Notes: generated by a model from the sequence alone, not told the origin. A stretch of DNA of 64,000 bases from a bacterium (GCA_002919195.1 PKEU01000137.1:1602-65601), one strand, 5' to 3'. Shown: positions 40,005-49,121, numbered from the stretch's first letter. Numbers and translations are program-made.

Positions 40005-40010
40005 AGGTCT

Positions 40011-40907
40011 TTACCGAGCTGCCGGCTGGATCAACCCGTACCGCTCTAGTGTTTGTTGGATGCGCTCCTTTTCCGCTGGCGTCGGCTCCACCAGGGGGAG
40101 GCGGAACGGGCCCATGTCCATCCCCAAGAGGCTCATCGCCCACTTGACCGGTATCGGGTTGGTCGTCACAAACATCGCCTTAAAGACCGGCATCAGCTTT
40201 TGATGGAGCTCGGTCGCTTCGGCGGTCCTTCCTTCCTTGAAAGCCCGGATCATCGCTTTGATGTCGTCGCCCACCACGTGGCTCGCGACGCTCACCACGC
40301 CCACGGCGCCCAGGCTCAGCATGGGCAGGGTCAGGCTGTCCTCGCCGCTGTAGATGGCAAAGCTCTCGGGCGTCGAGCGGCGAAGCTGCGTCACTTGCTC
40401 CATGTCGCCCGCAGCCTCTTTGATCGCGACGACGTTGGGAAGAAGCGCCAAACGGGCCACGGTCTCGACCTCGAGATTGCGGCCGGTGCGGGACGGGACG
40501 TTGTAGAGCATCACGGGGAGGCGGGTCGCCTCGGCGATCGCGCGAAAATGCCGGTAGAGGCCTTCTTGCGGAGGCCGGTTGTAATAGGGCACCACCAGCA
40601 TGACGCCGTGGACCCCCACCCCCTCAGCCCGCCGGGTGAGCTCGATGCTTTCCCGGGTGTCGTAGGTGCCTGTCCCGGCGATCACCTTTGCCCGGTCCCC
40701 CACGGCTTGCATCACCGCTTCAAAGAGGCCCACCTTTTCGTCGGCGTCTAGGGTGGGCGACTCGCCCGTGGTGCCGCAGACCACCACCCCGTCGGAGCCG
40801 TGGTGGACCAGGTACTCGGCCAGCTTTGCCGCCTTGTCGAAATCGACTGCGCCGTCTTGGCGCATCGGCGTCACCATCGCGGTCAGCAGTTCTCCAAAGG
40901 GGGTCAT
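40011..40907 (-). CDS. dapA: 4-hydroxy-tetrahydrodipicolinate synthase.
   Basis: N-terminus MTPFGELLTAMVTP, DHDS family. The catalytic Lys is in the IKEAAGD context. The RBS AGGAGGG lies 7 nt before ATG 40907. Confidence 0.85.
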   Translation of the reverse strand: MTPFGELLTAMVTPMRQDGAVDFDKAAKLAEYLVHHGSDGVVVCGTTGESPTLDADEKVGLFEAVMQAVGDRAKVIAGTGTYDTRESIELTRRAEGVGVHGVMLVVPYYNRPPQEGLYRHFRAIAEATRLPVMLYNVPSRTGRNLEVETVARLALLPNVVAIKEAAGDMEQVTQLRRSTPESFAIYSGEDSLTLPMLSLGAVGVVSVASHVVGDDIKAMIRAFKEGRTAEATELHQKLMPVFKAMFVTTNPIPVKWAMSLLGMDMGPFRLPLVEPTPAEKERIQQTLERYGLIQPAAR

Positions 40908-40947
40908 CTCGATTCCCTCCTGAGCTTGGCAAGTCCGACTTCCCAAC

Positions 40948-42171
40948 TCATGATTTGCCCAACGCAAACTCCCGGTGCAGGGCCGAGACAGCTTTCGAAA
41001 CCTCTTCCTCCCGGATGAGACAAGAGATGTTCGCGTGAGAGTCAGTCGTCTGCAAAATCTCGATCCCGGCCTGGTGCAGGGCTCTTGCGATCTTCGCCAT
41101 CACACCTGGAACGCCGTGCATCCCGGCGCCGACTGCGGAGACTTTGGCCAAGCCACCCGTCACCGCGTGCGGCCAACCGAGTTTCTGCAAGACAGCTTTC
41201 ATGCGCCCTTCGAGGTTTCCTGCCACGATAAAGGCGATGCGGTCCGGCGAAACATAAATCATGTCCGCGCTGATGCCGGCCGCCGCCAGGGCCTCAAAGA
41301 GCTGCACGGCGGCGCTGGAGTCGCCTGCCGGCGGCGAAACCACCGCCTGGCAGCGATCGACAATGTGGGCGATACCCGTCACCGGCCGGTCTTCCGGCTC
41401 GGCTTCCATGGGGTCTAGGAGGGCGTCGTCGCACACCAAGGTCCCCGGCGCATCCGACGTCGTCTGCCGGATGCGGATGGGGATCTTCCCCTTCATCGCG
41501 ATCTCCACCGCCCGGGGATGGATGATCTTGGCCCCGACGTGGGCCAGCTCGGCCACCTCCCGGTACGTCGCCCGCTCGAGGGTGACGGCCTCGGGGAAAA
41601 GCCTGGGATCTGCGGTCTTAATGCCGTCGACGTCGGTGTACACTTCGAGCGCCTCAGCGCTTAACGCCACCGCGAGCGCCGCGGCGGACGTGTCGCTCCC
41701 GCCCCGGCCCAGGGTCGTCACTTCCCCGTCTTGAGAGATCCCCTGAAAGCCTGCGATCACCGGAATTTCGCCGGCGGCCAGCGCCTCCAAAACGCGGCGG
41801 GGCTCAACTCTCAAAATGCGCGCTTCACCAAACCGCCCGTCGGTGATCAGGCCGGCCTGCGCCCCCGTCAAGGCCCGCGCGACGTGGCCGCGCCTTGTCA
41901 GAAAGCGCGAGAGGACGACCGTCGCGATCACCTCGCCGCAGGAAAGCAACAAATCCACGTCGCGCCCGTTGGCGCTTTCCCCGGCTTCTTGCACCAGTTG
42001 CAGCAACGTATCCGTCGCGTAAGGGTCGCCGGCACGGCCCATGGCGCTGACAACCACCACAGGCCGCAGCCCTTCGCTGATCGCGCGCTCGATATGCCGG
42101 GCGACGCATGCCCTCAGCTCCTCCGTCGCCACGGAGGTGCCGCCAAACTTCTGGACGACGATGCGGTCCAT
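40948..42171 (-). CDS. dapG: Aspartate kinase.
   Basis: N-terminus MDRIVVQKFGGTSVA plus C-terminal ACT domains. It lies between asd and dapA, as dapG does in B. subtilis. Confidence 0.85.
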   Translation of the reverse strand: MDRIVVQKFGGTSVATEELRACVARHIERAISEGLRPVVVVSAMGRAGDPYATDTLLQLVQEAGESANGRDVDLLLSCGEVIATVVLSRFLTRRGHVARALTGAQAGLITDGRFGEARILRVEPRRVLEALAAGEIPVIAGFQGISQDGEVTTLGRGGSDTSAAALAVALSAEALEVYTDVDGIKTADPRLFPEAVTLERATYREVAELAHVGAKIIHPRAVEIAMKGKIPIRIRQTTSDAPGTLVCDDALLDPMEAEPEDRPVTGIAHIVDRCQAVVSPPAGDSSAAVQLFEALAAAGISADMIYVSPDRIAFIVAGNLEGRMKAVLQKLGWPHAVTGGLAKVSAVGAGMHGVPGVMAKIARALHQAGIEILQTTDSHANISCLIREEEVSKAVSALHREFALGKS

Positions 42172-42241
42172 CGTTCTCCCCTACCAGCCACAGTGTCATC
42201 GGACGCCCGGCCTTGGCGCGCCTTGAAGAAGGCAATCGCTC

Positions 42242-43276
42242 TTAGAGCCAGCCGTTGGCGCACGCGACCTCGGCGATCTGCAAGGCATTGAGGGCGGCGC
42301 CTTTGCGGATCTGGTCGCCCACCACCCAAAGGTTGAGCCCGTTTTCGATCGACGGATCCCGGCGAATGCGCCCGACGTAGACCGGATCTTTGCCGGTGGC
42401 CGTAATCGGCATCGGGTAGGCCATCGCTTGGGGATCGTCGATCACCTCCACGCCCTCGGCCTCGCTGAGGATCCTCCTCGCCTCTTCGACGGTGAGCGGC
42501 TTTTCGGTCTCGATGTTGATCGACTCCGAGTGGCTGCGCCAAACCGGCACCCGCACGGTGGTGGGCGAGACGGCAAGACCGGGCTCGTCCAGGATCTTGC
42601 GAGTCTCGTAAACCATCTTCCACTCTTCTTTGGTATAACCTAGCTCCTCAAACACATCGATTTGAGGAATGAGGTTAAAGGCGATGGGATAGTGCTTGTC
42701 GGCGGAGGCCACGGGCAGCACCTGGGCCGTTACCGGCTCGCCTTGGGCGTACGCCCGCACCTGTGCCTCCAGTTCGGCCATGGCTTTGGCCCCAGCGCCC
42801 GAGACCGATTGGTACGTCGAAACCACAATGCGCCTGATGCGGGCCGCCCGGTGGATCGGCGCCAAAGCGGTCACCATGATGGTGGTGGAGCAATTGGGAT
42901 TGGCGATGATCCCCTTGTGCGTCCGGATCGCGTCCCGGTTGACCTCGGGCACGACCAAAGGCACTTCGGGATCGAGGCGAAACGCGCTGCTGTTGTCGAT
43001 CACCACCGCGCCGGCAGCCACCGCCTTGGGCGCCCATTCCTTGCTGACGCCGCCTCCGGCGGCGAAAAAGGCGATGTCGATGCCGCGGAAGGAGTCTTCG
43101 CCCACGGCCTCAACCACCAGCTCCTCCCCGCGAAAGGGGACGCGTCGCCCCGCGCTTCTTGGCGACGCCAAGAGCCGGAGTTCGCCTACGGGAAAATCGC
43201 GCTCCTCCAAGAGTTGGATAAACTCCGTTCCTACGGCGCCTGAAGCTCCCAGGATCGCGACCTTGTACGTCTTCAC
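42242..43276 (-). CDS. asd: Aspartate-semialdehyde dehydrogenase.
   Basis: N-terminus MKTYKVAILGASGAVG, and the active-site Cys in the NPNCSTT motif. Confidence 0.9.
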   Translation of the reverse strand: MKTYKVAILGASGAVGTEFIQLLEERDFPVGELRLLASPRSAGRRVPFRGEELVVEAVGEDSFRGIDIAFFAAGGGVSKEWAPKAVAAGAVVIDNSSAFRLDPEVPLVVPEVNRDAIRTHKGIIANPNCSTTIMVTALAPIHRAARIRRIVVSTYQSVSGAGAKAMAELEAQVRAYAQGEPVTAQVLPVASADKHYPIAFNLIPQIDVFEELGYTKEEWKMVYETRKILDEPGLAVSPTTVRVPVWRSHSESINIETEKPLTVEEARRILSEAEGVEVIDDPQAMAYPMPITATGKDPVYVGRIRRDPSIENGLNLWVVGDQIRKGAALNALQIAEVACANGWL

Positions 43277-43311
43277 CAGACCTGACCCCTCTCGTCCTCG
43301 CGTGCGGAAGA

Positions 43312-43926
43312 CTATCTCACCGCCCTCTTGGCCCGCTCGATGAGCACCGGCTGCAGCTGGCGCCCTTGGAGGGCCGCAACCACGGTGTCGGCGATGCGAT
43401 CAAAATCCGCGACGCAAGAGTTTGGTTTCTCTTCAGGATTGTCCTGGCCAAACGGCACAAAATAGACGTTGCGCGTGTTGAGCAAGATCCCGATGTTTTT
43501 CGCGTTGTTTCCCAGCGCGTCGTTGGTCGAGATGGCGATGACGACGGGCCTGAGGTTGCGCAATGTGCCTTTGGCGGCCATCAGCACCGGCGTGTCGGTG
43601 AAGGCGTTGGCCAGCTTTGCCAACGTGTTTCCGGTGCACGGCGCGATGACAAAGCAATCAAAGCTCTTCTTCTGCCCCGTCGGCTCGGCCTCCACGATGC
43701 TCGTGATCGGTTTGTGGCCCGTGAGCTCTTGGAGCCGCCGAGCGAGGTTTTCCGGCGTGCCGAAACGGGTCGTCGTCGTCACCGCAGCGTGCGACAGCAC
43801 GGGCACCACCGACGCGCCTTCCTCCAACACAGCCTGGACCTGGGGCAGCACCTCTTCATAGCTGCAGTGCGATCCGCACACTCCCCATCCGATCGACTTT
43901 CCTCTCAGCCGCATCTTTGCTCGCAC
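43312..43926 (-). CDS. spoVFB: Dipicolinate synthase subunit B.
   Basis: Flavoprotein-like fold (GVCGSHCSY...CTGNTLAKLANAFTDTPV). Its position between spoVFA and asd matches B. subtilis. Confidence 0.8.
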   Translation of the reverse strand: MRAKMRLRGKSIGWGVCGSHCSYEEVLPQVQAVLEEGASVVPVLSHAAVTTTTRFGTPENLARRLQELTGHKPITSIVEAEPTGQKKSFDCFVIAPCTGNTLAKLANAFTDTPVLMAAKGTLRNLRPVVIAISTNDALGNNAKNIGILLNTRNVYFVPFGQDNPEEKPNSCVADFDRIADTVVAALQGRQLQPVLIERAKRAVR

Positions 43927-43969
43927 CCCTCGCGTCCTCTTTGATGAGGTACATGGGATGCGCCGCCCG

Positions 43970-44869
43970 TTACATGCGCGCCCTCATGAGGTCGTCGAGG
44001 ATGAGCCCGGGAATCACCCTGGCCAAGATCTCTCCGGCCGTTTCCGGCGCCACCTTTCCCGGAAGGCCCAGGTCGAGAAAGGCCTTGATGCCAAGCTCAT
44101 CGGCTGCCGCGAAATCGGTGCCGCCCGGCGCTTGGGCGATGTCGATGACCACGGCGTCTTTGCGCATCGCCGCGAGCACTTCCCGGGTGAGGAGCAGCGC
44201 GGGCGCCGTGTTAAAGACCGCCCTGGCATCGCCGACGGCTTGCTTGAGCCGCTCGACGGGCTCCGCACTGAGCCCCATCTCGTATGCGCGGGCCCGCTGC
44301 GCCGCCCCCCGGGCGACGACTCGCACCCTGGCGCCGATCCCTGCCAGCATCCGGGCCAGTGTCATCCCGCAGCGACCAAAGCCGACCACCACCACGGGAC
44401 TGCCGTGCAGCGTTACGGGGAGCTCTTGCATCGCCCGCTGAATGGCTCCCTCCGCGGTGGGGATGGAGTTGAGGATGGCGAGTTCGTCGAGCTCGGCGGT
44501 CTGGACCAGCCTGACCTTAAAGCGGGTGGCAAGCCTCGCGATCATGGGCTTGGCGACACCGATGTAGAGCGTCTTTCCAGGACCCATGGCCCGAAAGGCG
44601 GCCTCGTCCAAGACCAGCCGGGCCGACGGGTCAAGCCGCGCCCGGATCTCGCCCCGCTCGTCGGTGTTGCTCATGGGAGCGATGACGGCGTCGGCGTCCC
44701 GCACGGCCTCGACGACCCCCTCGACTCTCCGGGCCCGCGCGATCTGGGGGAGAGGCGGGTATCCTGCCACCGTCACCTCGGCGCCCCGTTCGATCAGGGC
44801 GCTGACCAGAATCAGTTCCCGTTGGTCGCCACCTAGCACCGCAACGCGGATCCCGCCGAGGTCGGACAA
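43970..44869 (-). CDS. spoVFA: Dipicolinate synthase subunit A.
   Basis: N-terminus RVAVLGGDQRELIL with an NAD-binding domain. TTG start follows the RBS AAGGAGG. Confidence 0.8.
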   Translation of the reverse strand: MSDLGGIRVAVLGGDQRELILVSALIERGAEVTVAGYPPLPQIARARRVEGVVEAVRDADAVIAPMSNTDERGEIRARLDPSARLVLDEAAFRAMGPGKTLYIGVAKPMIARLATRFKVRLVQTAELDELAILNSIPTAEGAIQRAMQELPVTLHGSPVVVVGFGRCGMTLARMLAGIGARVRVVARGAAQRARAYEMGLSAEPVERLKQAVGDARAVFNTAPALLLTREVLAAMRKDAVVIDIAQAPGGTDFAAADELGIKAFLDLGLPGKVAPETAGEILARVIPGLILDDLMRARM

Positions 44870-44915
44870 TCACGGCGCCTCCTTGAAGCCAACAGGGTCG
44901 CATGCCCATGTACGC

Positions 44916-44943
44916 CACTACTGTATGAGCCGGGTGCGACCCT
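44916..44943 (-). promoter_or_regulatory. SigK-type promoter candidate for spoVFA (AC-N17-CATACAGTA).
   Basis: The minus strand reads AC-cagggtcgcacccggct-CATACAGTA, about 45 nt upstream of the spoVFA start. This matches the SigK consensus AC-N16-17-CATA---TA. Confidence 0.4.
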
Positions 44944-44965
44944 GGTGAGTTGTGCCCCGCGGCGC

Positions 44966-45769
44966 TCACGCATCAAAGAGAAGGCGTTCCAACCCGTACA
45001 CCAGGCCCGTGACTTCCCGCACCTTGCGGATCGCGAGCAGCACCCCCGGCATAAACGAGCTCCGATCCAGCGAGTCATGGCGGATGGTGAGCGTCTGCCC
45101 CACGTGGCCCAGGATCACCTCTTGGTGGGCGACCAGCCCCGGCAACCGCACGCTGTGGATGCGGATGCCGCGGTGCTCGCCCCCGCGGGAGCCGCTTATG
45201 ACCTCCATCTCGCCGGGAATCTCGAGCTTTTTCTCTCCCCGGGCCTCCCAGATCATCTCGGCGGTCTTGATGGCCGTCCCCGAGGGGGCGTCCTTCTTTT
45301 GATCGTGGTGCAGCTCGATGATCTCCACGTGCTCCATAAAGCGGGCCGCCTCGGCGGCAAACCGCATCATCAAGACCGCGCCGATCGCGAAATTGGGCGC
45401 GTGGATCACCCCAAGATCCTTGGCCCTCGCCACCCGGTCGATCTCCGAAAGCTCGCTCTCGCCCAGCCCCGTCGTGCCAAAAACGACCCTCTTGCCTGCT
45501 TCGAGGGCCTCCATCACGTTGCCAAAGGCCGCGGCGGGCGTCGTAAAGTCGACGACGCAGTCGGCGTCCGCTTTGGTCAACGCCTCTTTGACGGAGCTGG
45601 CGACCGGAACGCCTAGCTCCCCGAGGCCCGCGAGGATTCCGGCATCGCCGCCGGCATGTTGGGGATCGGCCGCGCCGGCAAGCTCCATGTCCTCGGCGCC
45701 GCAAACCGCCCGCACGACCTCCCGGCCCATCTTGCCGCCGGCGCCGCTTACGATGACGCGGATCTTCAA
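44966..45769 (-). CDS. dapB: 4-hydroxy-tetrahydrodipicolinate reductase.
   Basis: N-terminus (M)KIRVIVSGAGGKMG, plus the EIIELHHDQKKDAPSGTA motif. TTG start at 45769 follows GGAGG. Confidence 0.85.
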   Translation of the reverse strand: MKIRVIVSGAGGKMGREVVRAVCGAEDMELAGAADPQHAGGDAGILAGLGELGVPVASSVKEALTKADADCVVDFTTPAAAFGNVMEALEAGKRVVFGTTGLGESELSEIDRVARAKDLGVIHAPNFAIGAVLMMRFAAEAARFMEHVEIIELHHDQKKDAPSGTAIKTAEMIWEARGEKKLEIPGEMEVISGSRGGEHRGIRIHSVRLPGLVAHQEVILGHVGQTLTIRHDSLDRSSFMPGVLLAIRKVREVTGLVYGLERLLFDA

Positions 45770-45803
45770 GCCGATCGCCTCCTCAAAAAGCCGCTTCTTG
45801 TGC

Positions 45804-46056
45804 AAAAAGAAACGGTTGGCTGTCGAAAGCCAACCGCACGCGCCACTGCCCAGGCAGTGGTCTCTGCCACATATGAGCAGGCATAGCGCTCCGCCGTGAC
45901 CTGTGCCAATGGGCATCGGCGGCAGTCCGGAGGCTTTTCGCCCCCGGCCCAGCTTGTCCCGGTGGGCGGCGGGACAAACTTCGGCGGGATCCCCTTTCCC
46001 TCTCGGTCATCGGCTGCCCTGCCTACCCGTGAGGTACTCTTGTCACCCGCGCCTCT
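45804..46056 (-). ncRNA. Lysine riboswitch (L-box) with intrinsic terminator in the dapB leader.
   Basis: The minus-strand leader contains AGAGGCGC...CAAGAGUA...GAGAGGGAAAGGGGAUCCCGCCGAAG...GCUGGGCCG...GGUCA...GGAGCGCUAU. These match the conserved L-box blocks of the B. subtilis lysC leader as I recall them. It ends with the terminator GGTTGGCT-ttcgac-AGCCAACC + GTTTCTTTTT (45804..45837), ~35 nt before the dapB RBS. Confidence 0.75.
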
Positions 46057-46077
46057 ATGGCCCTCGCAGTCTCTCTT

Positions 46078-46106
46078 ATTCTCGCCCATCAGGAAGGGCT
46101 TGTCAA
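46078..46106 (-). promoter_or_regulatory. Sigma-A-type promoter (TTGACA-N17-GAGAAT) driving the L-box/dapB leader.
   Basis: Perfect -35 TTGACA (plus-strand tgtcaa, 46101-46106), a 17-nt spacer, then -10 GAGAAT. The L-box starts ~20 nt downstream. Confidence 0.45.
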
Positions 46107-46130
46107 TAGCCCGGCCTTAAGGGCGCGCCT

Positions 46131-46157
46131 GGAGGGAGGGGCTTTGCCGCTCCCTCC
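46131..46157 (-). terminator. GC-rich hairpin after the YflT-like gene (terminator-like).
   Basis: GGAGGGAG-cggcaaagcccc-CTCCCTCC, 26 nt after the stop codon. There is no U-tract. Confidence 0.35.
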
Positions 46158-46183
46158 ATGAGCCGGAGATGATCGTGCCGGAG

Positions 46184-46684
46184 CTACTGGTAAATTTTCA
46201 CCTGATCGGCGCCAAATTCCCGCAGGATGTCTTCCGCGGTCTCGGCCCTGGTCCCGTCGGCGTCGACGACGGCCAAGACTTTCCCCTGCTTCACGTCCTC
46301 CTCGTAGGCCTTCCCTTCTTCTTCGGGAATGCCCATGTCGAGGAGGCCTCCGGCCACTCCGCCGGCGACAGCTCCGGTGAGGGCCGCAGCCAAGGGGCCC
46401 GCGGCGACGATGGGGCCAATGCCGGGAATCGCCAGCGCGCCGACGCCCGCCAAAAGGCCGGTCACGCCGCCAAGGGTGCCGCCCCAGGCCGCGCCGTCGC
46501 TGGCTTCACCCATGCCCATTCCCTGATCTTCCGCCGCCTCCATCTCCGTGCCCTGTCCTTGGCCTTCGCGCCGTTCGTCTTTGGCTGCGATACTGATCTC
46601 CTTCTCAAAGCCCTGGTCCCTCAGGGCCTTGACCGCCTTTTCAGCGTTTTTCCGGTCCGAAAAGACGCCTACGATTTTCGCCAA
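46184..46684 (-). CDS. General stress protein 17M-like (YflT family).
   Basis: N-terminus (M)AKIVGVFSDRKNAEKAVKALRDQGF. A Gly-rich hydrophobic middle is followed by the C-terminal segment KVLAVVDADGTRAETAEDILREFGA. TTG start follows GGAGGGGAG. Confidence 0.6.
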   Translation of the reverse strand: MAKIVGVFSDRKNAEKAVKALRDQGFEKEISIAAKDERREGQGQGTEMEAAEDQGMGMGEASDGAAWGGTLGGVTGLLAGVGALAIPGIGPIVAAGPLAAALTGAVAGGVAGGLLDMGIPEEEGKAYEEDVKQGKVLAVVDADGTRAETAEDILREFGADQVKIYQ

Positions 46685-46765
46685 GAGTACCCTCTCCCCT
46701 CCGTGATACTGGGACCACGCCCCCGGTCACCGGGTCACGTGTAGTCTGGCCTTGGCGCGCCGGGG

Positions 46766-47029
46766 CTATTCGGCATCCCAGTATCCTCTCCCGGAGGGGC
46801 CGGTTTTTCCTAAGGAGACGATGATGAGGTCGACACCGATCTTTTTGATGCCGGCCCAGGGGATGACAAGCTCCCGCCGGCCCCAAAACCGCCCGCGCGT
46901 GGGGATGATCATGGAGTGTACCCGGCCCCGTTCGCAGTCGATCACGAGGTCGGTCTCGTTGATCACGCCCACCCGCGCGCCCTCGTCGATGTCGATGATT
47001 TCTTTGCCTGCAAGGTCACTATATCGCAC
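46766..47029 (-). CDS. ymxH: YlmC/YmxH-family sporulation protein (PRC-barrel).
   Basis: The sequence MRYSDLAGKEIIDIDEGARVGVINETDLVID is present. It lies in the position of ymxH, upstream of spoVFA. Confidence 0.75.
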   Translation of the reverse strand: MRYSDLAGKEIIDIDEGARVGVINETDLVIDCERGRVHSMIIPTRGRFWGRRELVIPWAGIKKIGVDLIIVSLGKTGPSGRGYWDAE

Positions 47030-47098
47030 CGGCGCCCACCCGTTAGGGTATATGCGCGCGCGGGACCGATCATGACAGCAGCTGGATCGACGATCGCC

Positions 47099-47554
47099 CT
47101 AGATCCCCGTGTGGCCGAATCCCCCAGCGCCGCGGCCTGTCGGCTCCAGTTCTTCGACGACCATCAAGTCGGCCACGTACACAGGCAAAAAGACCATCTG
47201 AGCGATGCGGTCGCCCGGGCGGATCTCAAAGGGCTCCGATCCGCCGTTGACCACGGCGCAGAGGATCTCGCCCGTGTAGTCGCTGTCGATGACGCCGACG
47301 CCGTTGGCAAGGTGGATCCCCGCCCTCGCGGCCAGGCCGCTGCGGGCAAAGAGAAAAGCCCCCACGTGGGGGCCCGGAAGCTGGATGGCGATCCCCGTGG
47401 GGATCAAAGCTCTCTCACCGGGCAAAAGCGTCCGCGGCTCCTCGATGCACGCGGCCAGATCCAGCCCGGCGGCCCCCTCGGTCGCGTACCTGGGCAGGGG
47501 GACCGTCCGGCCGATCAGCGGCGATACCGGCTTCACTTTCACCTCGATCTTCAC
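47099..47554 (-). CDS. dut: dUTP diphosphatase.
   Basis: Carries the IEVKVKPVSPL...RYATEGAAGLDL...GVIDSDYTGEI motifs. A GTG at 47554 (or ATG at 47563) is used as start; the track start at 47683 is an upstream extension. Confidence 0.8.
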   Translation of the reverse strand: MKIEVKVKPVSPLIGRTVPLPRYATEGAAGLDLAACIEEPRTLLPGERALIPTGIAIQLPGPHVGAFLFARSGLAARAGIHLANGVGVIDSDYTGEILCAVVNGGSEPFEIRPGDRIAQMVFLPVYVADLMVVEELEPTGRGAGGFGHTGI

Positions 47555-48827
47555 ATCGTCCATCCTTTCTAACGCGCATCTCGTCCAGCGCCCGATGAAG
47601 CTCGTCCTCTCGCAGCGGGCCGACAGCCGCGACGACGAGGTCGCCGCCGAAAAGCTCCCGCAACACCCGGTGGACGTCGTCAAGGCTCACCCTGTCGATG
47701 GTCTCGATGAGCTGGTCGGGCGTGAGGAGTTCCTCATCAAAAAGCTCGGCTTGAGCGATCCGGCTCATCCGGTTGGCCGTGTTTTCGAGCCCCAGCATGA
47801 GGCTCCCTTTCAGCTGCTCCTTGGCCCGCTGCAACTCCGCGGGTTCGAGTCCGTCCCGCACCACCCGGTCGAGGCCGTCGCGGATGAGGTGGAGGACTTC
47901 CAACAGGTTGGCCGGGCTCACGCCAGCATAAATGGTAAACAGGCCCGTCTCCTGGAAACTCGCGTGATAGGAGTAGGTGGAGTAGACGAGCCCCCGCTCC
48001 TCCCGCAGCTCCTGGAAAAACCGGGAGCTCATGCCGCCTCCCAAGGCGACGTCGATGACGTGCACAGCGTAGCGGTCCGCGTGGTTGCGAGGGAAAGAGC
48101 GGGCGCCGACGCAAAGGTGCACCTGCTCCGTCTCTTTCGGCTGTATCCTGAGCGGGAAGGCCTTATTCGGCGGGATCGCTCGGTCGTTGCCGCTGCCCCT
48201 TGGCAAACCTCCAAACCAGCGTTGCACCATCTCGACGATCTCGTCGTGAACGAGGCGTCCCGCCGCCGCGACCACCAGGTTTTCCCCTACGTACCGTTGA
48301 TCGATGTACGCGAGCACGTCCTCCCGCCGGATGGCCTTGACCGTCTCCTCGTGCCCCAGCACGCTCTGGCCCAGCGGATGGCCGGCAAAAGCCGCTTCGG
48401 CAAACAGATCGTGTACGATCTCGTCGGGGGAGTCCTCGTACATCTTGATCTCTTCGAGGATCACCCCTTTTTCTTTTTCCATCTCCCCGGGCGCAAAGAC
48501 GGAGTTGAGCAGCATGTCCGCGAGGATCTCGATGGCAAGGTCCACATGCTCGTCGAGGACCCGCGCGTAGTAACAGGTGTGTTCCTTGCTGGTGTACGCG
48601 TTCATCTGCCCGCCCGCCGCGTCGATCTCTTCGGCGATCTGCTTGGCGGTGCGGTTTTTGGTCCCCTTAAACATCAAATGCTCGATCAGATGCGAGATCC
48701 CGTTCTTTTCAGGCGTTTCGTCGCGAGAGCCCGCCCGATACCAAAAGCCGATCGCTGCCGACCGGACGTGGGGGATCGTCTCCGTGACGATCCTGATTCC
48801 GTTGGGAAGTACGGTGCGTTGATACAA
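47415..48827 (-). CDS. M16-family zinc peptidase (MlpA-like).
   Basis: The inverted zinc motif HLIEHLMFKGT and EE are present. The C-terminal ~50 aa are R/G-rich and overlap dut, so the 3' end is doubtful. Confidence 0.75.
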   Translation of the reverse strand: MYQRTVLPNGIRIVTETIPHVRSAAIGFWYRAGSRDETPEKNGISHLIEHLMFKGTKNRTAKQIAEEIDAAGGQMNAYTSKEHTCYYARVLDEHVDLAIEILADMLLNSVFAPGEMEKEKGVILEEIKMYEDSPDEIVHDLFAEAAFAGHPLGQSVLGHEETVKAIRREDVLAYIDQRYVGENLVVAAAGRLVHDEIVEMVQRWFGGLPRGSGNDRAIPPNKAFPLRIQPKETEQVHLCVGARSFPRNHADRYAVHVIDVALGGGMSSRFFQELREERGLVYSTYSYHASFQETGLFTIYAGVSPANLLEVLHLIRDGLDRVVRDGLEPAELQRAKEQLKGSLMLGLENTANRMSRIAQAELFDEELLTPDQLIETIDRVSLDDVHRVLRELFGGDLVVAAVGPLREDELHRALDEMRVRKDGRCEDRGESEAGIAADRPDGPPAQVRDRGGRRAGSGRVHRGAADAFAR

Positions 48828-49121
48828 ACGAAAAAACCTCCGGCAGACGAGGAATTTTGACTGGGAAAACCGGCCGAGAGGGCCGCGCCCCTTTCACCGT
48901 CGTCGACACAATATAGGAAATCCAAAGGACGCCGGTGCAGGAACGAGTTGGCTCCTCTTCCTTTCTCCTGTTCTACCAGCGGTTTTTGCCTAAAGGATGG
49001 CCCCTTCACCTGTAGAAGCCAACGGTGTCGCCGCTGGACTCGGCGGGCGACGAGGCATTGCGCTACGATTGCGGCCCGAGACACCCACCGGGAACCCATC
49101 CCCCGCGGAGGAGGCAGAAGC

